From Sedimentisphaerales bacterium (GTDB lineage Bacteria > Planctomycetota > Phycisphaerae > Sedimentisphaerales > Anaerobacaceae): DNA of 64,000 nt. Shown here in pieces: positions 50,018 to 58,338 of this stretch. Made by a program: the position numbers and the translations under genes. The stretch covers positions 3,808,001 to 3,872,000 of the forward strand of contig OY970194.1 in NCBI GenBank assembly GCA_963708075.1. Direction: 5' to 3'. Under the pieces are notes generated by a model. It had not been told where the DNA came from. It saw only the letters and a list, made by a program, of their open reading frames with translations, and made no database searches. Every line of letters begins with the position of its first letter. The stretch's first letter is position 1.

Positions 50018-50961
50018 GCTGTGATGTCAGCGAACAGGACCGACGACAGATAGCGCTCGCCGAAGCTGGGTATGATCGCCACGATCACCTTGCCCTTGTT
50101 CTCCGGCCGGGCAGCTACGATGCTCGCTGCCCGCAGCGCCGCCCCACTGGAGATGCCTACGAACAAGCCTTCTTCTTTCGCGGCTCGACGGGCATAATCA
50201 ATGGCCTCGTCCTGATCCACCTGAACGACCTCGTCCACGATCTTGAGATTCAACACCTTCGGGACAAATCCCGCACCGATCCCTTGGATCTTGTGCGGTC
50301 CGGGCTTGACCTCCTGGCCGGCCAGGGTCTGCGACAAAACCGGGCTCTGCGCCGGCTCGACCGCAATGGCCTTGAAGCTCGGCTTACGCGATTTAATCAC
50401 CTCCGCTACGCCGGTGATGGTGCCGCCCGTGCCCACGCCGGAGATCAGGATGTCGGCCTTGCCCTCGGTATCCCTCCAGATCTCCTCTGCGGTCGTCCGC
50501 CGGTGGATCTCCGGGTTCATCGGGTTCTCGAATTGCTGCGGGACAAATGCCCCCTTCTCCGCCTCGGCGATCTCCAAGGCCTTCTTCACCGCGCCTTTCA
50601 TCCCCTCGGCCGCTGGAGTCAGTACGAGCTCAGCACCAAGAGCCTTGAGCACCTTCCTTCGTTCAATGCTCATCGAGTCCGGCATGGTCAAGAGCAGTCG
50701 ATACCCTCGCACAGCGCAGACAAACGCCAGGGCAATACCCGTGTTCCCGCTGGTTGGCTCAACAATGGTCCCGCCCGGCTTGACCTTCCCGGCACGCTCT
50801 GCAGCGTCAATCATCGCCACCCCGATCCTATCCTTGACGGAGGCCAGCGGATTGCGGCTTTCGAGCTTGGCCAGGACGGTCCCGCCAGGAATCAACTTGT
50901 TCACTTGGACGAGAGGCGTCTCGCCTACCGTTGCGACGATGTCTTTGTACGTGCTCGCCAT
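50014..50961 (-). CDS. cysK: Cysteine synthase A
   Basis: [41 protein letters not shown]. Confidence 0.96.
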   Translation of the reverse strand: MASTYKDIVATVGETPLVQVNKLIPGGTVLAKLESRNPLASVKDRIGVAMIDAAERAGKVKPGGTIVEPTSGNTGIALAFVCAVRGYRLLLTMPDSMSIERRKVLKALGAELVLTPAAEGMKGAVKKALEIAEAEKGAFVPQQFENPMNPEIHRRTTAEEIWRDTEGKADILISGVGTGGTITGVAEVIKSRKPSFKAIAVEPAQSPVLSQTLAGQEVKPGPHKIQGIGAGFVPKVLNLKIVDEVVQVDQDEAIDYARRAAKEEGLFVGISSGAALRAASIVAARPENKGKVIVAIIPSFGERYLSSVLFADITA

Positions 50962-51035
50962 AATCCATCTCCTTTTCAGACCGTATCAGAGCCGTGACGC
51001 CATCTATAGTATTCCCATAAGAATCATACACCACT

Positions 51036-51072
51036 ATGTCTATGAGTATAGTGAACATTCAAAATATGTCAA
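51036..51072 (-). promoter_or_regulatory. Putative promoter of the sulfur operon with overlapping operator box 1
   Basis: Minus strand TTGACA-16 nt-TATACT; box ATGTCTATGAGTATAGTGAACATT at 51036-51059. Confidence 0.7.
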
Positions 51073-51169
51073 GCGCTCACCTGCAAGAAAAAATGTGAAA
51101 TGGCTGCAAATCCTTGTTTAATAATGCTTTACAGAAATGTTTTTCTTGCGATAATCGCAAAATAGTCGA

Positions 51170-51205
51170 ATGTCCATTGACATAGTGAGCATTATTCGGG
51201 ACAAT
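51170..51205 (+). promoter_or_regulatory. Putative promoter of the Rrf2 gene with overlapping operator box 2
   Basis: TTGACA-17 nt-GACAAT; box ATGTCCATTGACATAGTGAGCATT at 51170-51193 (18/24 identical to box 1). Confidence 0.65.
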
Positions 51206-51259
51206 CGCTCCTATAGCTTAGAGGAGGCATCAGAGTCTGAAGGTTGATAGGAGCCGAAT

Positions 51260-51709
51260 GTGAACCTGTCCCAGAAATGCCAATATGCCGTACGGGCTGT
51301 CCTTGAACTGGCGAAACACTATGGCCAGGGACCTGTGGCCATCAGCCAGATCGCAGCCAACCAGGCCATACCACAACGATTCCTTGAGAATATCCTCAAC
51401 GAGTTGAGACCGACGGGGTTGATCGAATCAAGACGTGGGATCCAAGGGGGCTACCTTCTCGCCCGCGATCCCGCAACAATATCCGTGGGCGAGATCATAC
51501 GCCTTGTCGAAGGGCCGCTCGATCCGGTGAAGTGCATGACAGACAAGAAGAGCCCTTCCTGTCCGCTGAAAGACAACTGTTCTCTCATCCACCTTTGGAG
51601 CAGGGCCAAGGCGGCCGTCGAGGAGGTATATGATAACGCCAACTTCCGTGACCTGGTCGAGGAGGAGAGGAAGTTGAGCAGATCGACGGTCATTGACTAC
51701 TGCATCTGA
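51260..51709 (+). CDS. Rrf2 family regulator (CymR/IscR-like)
   Basis: YAVRAVLELA, IPQRFLENIL, SRRGIQGGYLL, EGPL, three central Cys, C-terminal DYCI. Confidence 0.95.
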   Translation: MNLSQKCQYAVRAVLELAKHYGQGPVAISQIAANQAIPQRFLENILNELRPTGLIESRRGIQGGYLLARDPATISVGEIIRLVEGPLDPVKCMTDKKSPSCPLKDNCSLIHLWSRAKAAVEEVYDNANFRDLVEEERKLSRSTVIDYCI

Positions 51710-51869
51710 GCCGCCGGGACAGACGTCATTTTTGAAGACCACTTCCATGATGCTTGCCCAGCATACTCAACTCGCGGCATAGACCTTGAACTTGGACGCT
51801 TTGGAGGATAGCATAGCGGCCGGTCACAATGTCACACGTGCATTCGTTGTGTCTTCGTGGAGTGCCGAA

Positions 51870-52685
51870 ATGAAGCATGTTGTCGTCCAGGGACTATTCT
51901 GTCTGTTCATCTTCGGTGCACTGGGATGCAGGGGCCCTGTTGAGATTATCGCGCATCGTGGGGCATCTTACGATGCTCCGGAAAACACAATGACTTCGGT
52001 GATGCTCGGCTGGGAGAAACGGGCCGACGTGGAAATCGACGTGCACTTGTCGAAGGACAATCGCATCGTCGTGATTCATGACGCCACGACCAAGCGCACC
52101 GCCGGGACCGACCTGAAAGTCGAAGAGACCGACTTCAGCGAATTGTGCGAACTCGATGTAGGGCGTTTCAAGGCCCAGGAGTTCGCCGGGGAGCGAATCC
52201 CGCTTCTGACCAACGTGCTCAAAACGATTCCTCCCGCGCAGAAGCTCTACATTGAGATCAAATGCGGAAGAGAAGTACTGCCCTTGCTCCGACAGCTTCT
52301 TGTGGAGAGCGGCAAAATGTCCCAGATCGTGATCATCGGATTCCATCTGGAGACAGTAGCTGCGTCGAAGGAGTTGATCGATGTCCCCACTTACTGGCTC
52401 AAGGGGACCGAGAAGGTCAAGGAAACCGAGGAATGGCTTCCCCACGACCCCAAGCTCGTCCAAACGGCCAAGGACAGAGGTCTCGACGGCCTGGATGTTC
52501 ACTACGCCGGCGTCACCGAGGAGTTTGCCCGTGCCGTCAAGGCGTCCGGACTGAAGTTCTACGTGTGGACGGTGGATGACCCGGAAGAGGCGGTCCGGCT
52601 GATCAAGCTGGGTGTAGACGGAATTACCACCAATCGTCCGGACTGGCTCAGAGGACAGTTGAACAGTAGGAGAACCATCCCGTGA
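51870..52685 (+). CDS. Glycerophosphodiester phosphodiesterase, probable lipoprotein
   Basis: IIAHRGAS, APENT, EIDV, IHD, IEIK, WTVD, DGITTNRP; LGC lipobox. Confidence 0.93.
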   Translation: MKHVVVQGLFCLFIFGALGCRGPVEIIAHRGASYDAPENTMTSVMLGWEKRADVEIDVHLSKDNRIVVIHDATTKRTAGTDLKVEETDFSELCELDVGRFKAQEFAGERIPLLTNVLKTIPPAQKLYIEIKCGREVLPLLRQLLVESGKMSQIVIIGFHLETVAASKELIDVPTYWLKGTEKVKETEEWLPHDPKLVQTAKDRGLDGLDVHYAGVTEEFARAVKASGLKFYVWTVDDPEEAVRLIKLGVDGITTNRPDWLRGQLNSRRTIP

Positions 52686-52698
52686 ACATGCTGCGCGT

Positions 52699-55600
52699 GT
52701 GGCCGATTGTCTGCGAGCTCGGCGATGGCGCCGTGTTGTGCCTGATAGGAATCTGGGCCGAGCTATGACAACAGCGCTGTGGGCGTTCATGTTACACACT
52801 TCGATTGTTTCTTCATTGGCCCCTGCCGCGCAGGCCGGGACCGCCAGCACTTCAAGCGGCGACCTCTTGAAGGTCGCGCCCTCCCAGAACTCAGCCGTCG
52901 TGCGCCAGTACGAGGTATTCGAGATCACGCTTCAACACGAGGGCACGTATGAGAATCCGTTCTTCGATGTGAGCATCGATGCCACCTTGACGTCGCCGTC
53001 CGCCAGGAACGTACATATCGGTGGCTTCTACTATAGACACGACTTGTGGAAGGTACGGTTCGCGCCGTCTGAGCTAGGCCGCTGGACCTATCGGTTCGCG
53101 CTTCGAAATGCCAGGGGACAGACCGCGTCGGGAGAAGGCACATTCACATGTGTCCAGGGCCACAAGCCCAACCCCGGCTTTGTCCGCCTGCATCCGGAAA
53201 ACCCCTTTCGCTTTGTATTTGATGACGGGACGCCGTACTTCCCCATCGGGGTGCAGGACTGCTGGGGCGACGGCAACCACAACGGCACCGTCCTCGATGA
53301 GTTCTCCATGGAAGGCCCCTTTCGGACCGATTTGAAGGAGCCTCCCGTCCTTCCGACTGGTCCATTGTTCGTGCGCGGGCCTTCGTCCAATCCGCAAAAC
53401 GCCGACGTCTTCTTTCGGTACTTCGGGCAGTGCGGCTTCAACTTGTACCGATTCTCCCAGAAGAATTGCTCCTACGAGTTGTATCGCGACCTGGACCACT
53501 ACCTCGTCCAGGAAGGGATCATGACGGACGAGTTGCTCCAATGTGCCCGCAAGTACGGCTTTCGAGTTTTCTACGGTCTCTTCGGCTATCAGCCCGTCTT
53601 CAACAAGGAGTCGGACAATGCCGAGGGGCTCGCCAAGGTCAAGAGATTCATCAAGTACAGCGTGGATCGCTGGGGCGCGTACGTGGACTTCTGGGAGTTT
53701 CTCAACGAGCAGCATGCCGACGACCGCTGGTACCAGGCGATGATCCCCTACCTGAAATCCATCGACCCCTATGAGCACCCTATTACTACAAGCTGGGAGA
53801 GGCCCGAGCTTGACGGGATCGAAATCAACGCTCCGCATTGGTATCAGCGGGAGGACGAGTTGGAGTCGGACCGGATCACCGCGGCGAAGGCCCAGGCGTG
53901 GAAAAGGTCCGGCAAGCCGGTCATCGTGGGCGAACAGGGCAACCACATCGACAAAAGCAAGCCGGTGCCGCCCGGGGTCGGCGGCGTGTGGGACGACCGC
54001 TCCGCTCTGCGCATGCGGATTCGCAACTGGACGGCCATGTTCCAGGAAATCGCTTTCATCTTCTGGAATACGAGCTACGCACGTGACGGCCACTATATGA
54101 ACATCTGGCTCGGTCCCCAGGAGCGACAGTACGTCCGAGCCATGCAGGACTTCGCCTACCGGCTCGACAAGGACGTCAGGATCCACGCGGTCAGCGTTTC
54201 GCCGTCGGACGCTATCCGAGGATATGCCTTAGCCTCCGAACACAACGCAGGAGTCTACCTGCACCGCTTCAAAGATCATACCAAGCCTGCGGAGGGTGTC
54301 AGGATCGAAGTGGATCTGCCGGGCGGAACGAGGGGATACTGGTACAACCCCGAAGACGCCTCCATCATCAAGACAATCGATATTGCAGCGGGCATGAACC
54401 AACTCGATGTTCCGCCTTTTACGGTGGATCTTGCGCTGCTCGTGACGGCTGACGGCGCTCCCGACATCGACCGCGACGGCCAACCCAACCCTGTGGATGC
54501 CGATGACGATAACGACGGCGCCCCGGACAATCAGGATGCGTTCCCGCTCGATCCCTCCGAATGGAAGGACCAGGACAAGGACTGGATCGGCGACAACCTC
54601 GATGCGGACGACAACGGCGATGGCGTCGCCGATGATGAGAACCAAAACGGCGTTGCGGATCACGAGGAGATGGATTTCGATGGGGACGGCGTACCGAGAA
54701 GCGGAGTGATCCCGTGGGACGCTTTCCCCCTGGACGCGAAAGAATGGCGGGACACAGACGGAGATGGCGTGGGAGATAATCGCGATCCGGATGACGACAA
54801 CGACGGCATGAGCGATACCCAAGAGCGAACGAACGGCTTTCAGGGGCGAATCGCGCTCAGCCATGACGGCAACTTCAACGATGAAGATGATTGGGGAGCT
54901 TTTCCGGTCGTTATCGCCATCCTTGATGCCTTTGGAGTCAAGGACAAGCTGGTGCACATCGAGTACAACAACATTATCCAAGCCAACGATGAGCGGTTTG
55001 AGAAGGAGATGACCGCGAGCGTTCTGGGTGCGGCTGAGAAGTACGGCATATCGCCGGCCATCCTGCACAACTGCCGCACGGACCTTGAGGGCGCCGTCGA
55101 GAGCATCAAGAACGCAGTCAACGCCTCTTCGCCCGAGAGCCCCCTCTACTATGTGCTGGCCGGCCCTATGGATGTGCCCTACAGGGGCATCCTCGCCGCC
55201 GACCCCGGGAGGCGACGACACGTCTACTGCATCTCGCACAGTTCTTGGAACGACGGTTACGGGAAACGCAGAATCGAAGGCCGCACCAAGAGGGATGTGA
55301 TCTCCCTCGGCGTAAAGTGGATTCAAGTGAAGCCCGGCCATCTGCTGGCGCATCCCGGCACGGTAGCAACGAAATCGACGCCTGCCCAGTGGGCCTTGTT
55401 TCACTGGATGCGGGATTCCAGCGACGAGCGGCTGCGCTGGCTGTTCACGCGGCTTGAGGCCGAGGAGCGATGCGACGTCTCCGACGCCACCATGACGTAT
55501 TTTCTCATGACTGGGGACGAGCAGTGTGACCCTCAGAAGCTGGCCGCCCTACTGGACAGGAAGCGAAAGCCCAACGTAATTGCCATTCGGCCGACGATCC

Positions 55601-56049
55601 GGCTGGAGGCGGAGAATTTCAGCTTGCTGGAGAACTTCGTGCCTGTCACCATCGGCAAGCAGGTATCGCAGAGTGTGACCGTGCGAATGTCGGATGCGCC
55701 CAAGGGCATCATCCGAACGGAATTCAGCGAGATCCATGCGGCGCAGTCGGGGCGATACGAGGTCGGCGTTCAGTACCGTGACATAGGCAACGGCGCAGTC
55801 TCCTTCCTGGCGCGGGTCAACGGTGTGCCACAGGGCAGTGGATGGAAGACCTCCGCCGACAATGGTGCATGGAAGACTCATGCGGTGAAAGAGGTGTTTC
55901 TCTCCCAGGGTGACGTAATCGAGATCGAGGGCCGGACTGATGGCAAGGGACGCGGGGAGATCGATTTCGTGCAGTTCACCTACCTGGGCCTGGACGATCC
56001 GGCCGCCATGCCCGGCCAGATCATCCTCGATCCAGCCAGTCCGAGATGA
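52699..56049 (+). CDS. Multidomain secreted protein: DUF5060 + DUF4038-like barrel + thrombospondin type 3 repeats + nucleoside hydrolase-like domain + CBM-like domain
   Basis: YENPFFDV...WKVRFAP; WEFLNE, VIVGEQG; DxDxDG/DAFPLD repeats; SHDGNFNDEDD; RLEAENF...IDFVQ; start may be ATG 52765. Confidence 0.75.
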   Translation: MADCLRARRWRRVVPDRNLGRAMTTALWAFMLHTSIVSSLAPAAQAGTASTSSGDLLKVAPSQNSAVVRQYEVFEITLQHEGTYENPFFDVSIDATLTSPSARNVHIGGFYYRHDLWKVRFAPSELGRWTYRFALRNARGQTASGEGTFTCVQGHKPNPGFVRLHPENPFRFVFDDGTPYFPIGVQDCWGDGNHNGTVLDEFSMEGPFRTDLKEPPVLPTGPLFVRGPSSNPQNADVFFRYFGQCGFNLYRFSQKNCSYELYRDLDHYLVQEGIMTDELLQCARKYGFRVFYGLFGYQPVFNKESDNAEGLAKVKRFIKYSVDRWGAYVDFWEFLNEQHADDRWYQAMIPYLKSIDPYEHPITTSWERPELDGIEINAPHWYQREDELESDRITAAKAQAWKRSGKPVIVGEQGNHIDKSKPVPPGVGGVWDDRSALRMRIRNWTAMFQEIAFIFWNTSYARDGHYMNIWLGPQERQYVRAMQDFAYRLDKDVRIHAVSVSPSDAIRGYALASEHNAGVYLHRFKDHTKPAEGVRIEVDLPGGTRGYWYNPEDASIIKTIDIAAGMNQLDVPPFTVDLALLVTADGAPDIDRDGQPNPVDADDDNDGAPDNQDAFPLDPSEWKDQDKDWIGDNLDADDNGDGVADDENQNGVADHEEMDFDGDGVPRSGVIPWDAFPLDAKEWRDTDGDGVGDNRDPDDDNDGMSDTQERTNGFQGRIALSHDGNFNDEDDWGAFPVVIAILDAFGVKDKLVHIEYNNIIQANDERFEKEMTASVLGAAEKYGISPAILHNCRTDLEGAVESIKNAVNASSPESPLYYVLAGPMDVPYRGILAADPGRRRHVYCISHSSWNDGYGKRRIEGRTKRDVISLGVKWIQVKPGHLLAHPGTVATKSTPAQWALFHWMRDSSDERLRWLFTRLEAEERCDVSDATMTYFLMTGDEQCDPQKLAALLDRKRKPNVIAIRPTIRLEAENFSLLENFVPVTIGKQVSQSVTVRMSDAPKGIIRTEFSEIHAAQSGRYEVGVQYRDIGNGAVSFLARVNGVPQGSGWKTSADNGAWKTHAVKEVFLSQGDVIEIEGRTDGKGRGEIDFVQFTYLGLDDPAAMPGQIILDPASPR
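54463..54820 (+). repeat. Coding thrombospondin type 3-like Ca-binding repeats
   Basis: DIDRDG, DDDNDG, DAFPLDPSEW, DAFPLDAKEW, DTDGDGVGDN. Confidence 0.85.
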
Positions 56050-56477
56050 CTCAAGTACAACGGCGGAAAACGATGCTTCCTGTTCGGGGCAGGCAACCCC
56101 GAGGGTTTCCTTTTCTTCGGCAAGCGCCGGCCTGACGGGACACGCTCGGGCGGCAAGCAAGGCGAGGTCATCAGGAAACTCGCCGGCACCGGCGCCAACA
56201 CCTTCCATGTCCTGGCGATACGCTGTACGTTCTCGCCAGCGACGCCGGCACCTACATCGCCTATAGCAATAATGCCACCCAAGGTACAGGCATCCGCGAC
56301 GTGCAGGCGGGAACCTACCTGTTGCGATGGCTCGATACTGTGGACGGCGACACTATCGAGAAGGTAGTTGCAGTCACCGCCGGCAATCAGACATGGCCCA
56401 GACCAATGGAAATCGGCCCCGAGACAGCCCTGTACATCAAGCGTCTGGATGGCGTCGTGTCGCCGGACTCGAAATAG
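56050..56477 (+). pseudogene. Decayed C-terminal module of the upstream gene
   Basis: Frame continues after the TGA (LKYNGGKRCFLFGAGNPEGFLF...GTGANTFHVLAIR), then shifts frame near 56220 into YVLASD...YLLRWLDTVDG...ALYIKR. Confidence 0.7.
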
Positions 56478-56480
56478 CGA

Positions 56481-58327
56481 TCAAACGTCCCCACCGACGA
56501 TCCTGGCGCCAAGATGATACCATGGCTCCAGATGAGGGTACCTTCCGGCTACAAGTCGCCGGAAATACGGATTCTGCTTCGGCATGGTTCGCTTCGCATA
56601 AACGATCTTCTCCTTGCGCCCCGCCGACATGATGCGGCAGGCAGAGTATTGGGAGAAGACCTCGACGTTATCCGCCGGCTTTTTCCTGTGCCCATCGAAG
56701 TCCTCCCAGAGGCAGGAGCCTCCGTTGGCTGCGACGCTGGGGCGTGCGAGGCCCTGGGGATCGGCCGCGTTGACAGTGGCGCTGAACGTGCAGAACGACG
56801 CAAGCTGGACCCAGAACTGCGTGCGCTGCAGTGTGGCAGCTTCGGATCCATTCGCATCATAGGAGAGGTTGAAGAGCAGTTGCGCCCGCGCACCGCGGCC
56901 AACTCCCCGATCTCGTTCCATCGCGCATCGGACCCAATGGTAACGACAGCCGGCACCCCTTTGACCCTGAACCACATGGCCTTCGTATCGGCTCCTTCCT
57001 CGAACAGGTCCCGACGGTCCACGACCATCTGGTCATAGCGTGTGAGCAGATTGCCCTCGGGACCCACCGCGAACGCCGAGTTCCAACGTCTGGCGCCCTC
57101 GACGTGAGGCATTCCGAGAACTACGGTGATTCTGTGTTTCTGCGCCTCGGATTGAACCCTTGCCAGCACATCGCGATGAATGACGGCATCGGCGCGAATA
57201 ACATCATCGGCAATGGCGCCGGTAACTGCCAGTTCCGGAAAAACCACGACATCGGCGTGATTGCCGCCGGCCTCTCCGATGAGTTGCGTCATGCGTTCGA
57301 GGTTGGCGGATACGTCGCGGGAACAGGCCATCTGGGCGGCGGCCATCGCGATCTCGACCTGAGGCGAAGCGTACGGCTCCGGCAACCCAGCGCTCCCCGC
57401 TTCTCCCGACAGAATCCGCCGTCCCAGATCCCAATAGGGCTTGAAGACAGGGTGGTTGTGTCTGCGTGTAGCTTCCGTGGCGCGGGCCTTGGACAGATCA
57501 AGGGTCGCCATCAGCATCTGGTCTCCCGCATCATCGGCGCGAGCGGCAAAGGTGCCGTCCGGGTGGATGATGGCGGAGTGGCCGTGTCGAGACTCATCCG
57601 TTCCCTGTGCTGAATGCTCTCCCATGTTGCAGAAAATCGAATAGACGTTGTTCCTCAGGGCGCGGGTGACGGGCAGGTACCATGCGAACTCGGGAATCCA
57701 CTCTCTCCTGGCATTGGCGGAGCAATCGATCAGAATTCTTGCGCCGAGCGCGACCGGGAGCTCTTCAAAACCCCGAAGCCAGCGGTCGGCGCAGATCATG
57801 GCACAACAGGGAATGCCGTCAACGTAGAAAACGCCAGGCGCCCGGCGAGGATCGGATGGCGGCAGGTTGCAAATCAGCTTATTGAATCGCTGGACGATCC
57901 GGCCGTCGGGGCCGATCACGCGAAGGCAATGCCCCCGCCGGTCCGGGGCAAAGCCGGGGATCGCAAAGGGCGAGCAGAAGATGACATAAACATCGTTGGA
58001 GCGGGCCGCGTCTCGGATCGTATCCACCGCTTTCTCGATGTCCTCATTCGACGTTCCCACAGGGCAACCCAGCGCATCCTCCGGGAAAACCACCAGGCGA
58101 CATCCTCTCGTTTTGGCCTGACCGATGAAGCGCACAATCTTATCGCGATTCGCGATGAGCTCCTTCTCACGCGCCTGCTGCACCACACCCACAGTGATCG
58201 ACGGATGAGGAGGTTGCGTCGCGGATTCAGCGGTCTTATTCTCCTGCGTCTGGGTGGGCACGGCAGCGACAGCGGCTGCCAATATTGAGTGCCTGAGAAG
58301 ACCACGACGCGTGAGGGGCTTGTCCAT
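56481..58327 (-). CDS. Tat-type tandem carbon-nitrogen hydrolase (nitrilase family), split by a frameshift near 56886
   Basis: TRRGLL signal; domain 1 FPED/FNK/ICAD; domain 2 FPEL/YDQ/IGSD; adding one G restores AAVRGAQLLF. Confidence 0.85.
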
Positions 58328-58338
58328 GCTCAAACTCT

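Noticed and set aside
54463..54820. Repetitive GAC/GAT-rich tract as a possible CRISPR or DNA repeat array
   Set aside because: Repeats are conserved at protein level (TSP3-like DxDxDG), with no identical DNA repeats or spacers; no cas genes.
56047..56049. In-frame TGA as selenocysteine or an alternative genetic code
   Set aside because: TGA is the normal stop in many genes here, no SECIS-like hairpin is evident, and the downstream sequence is also broken by a deletion/frame change.
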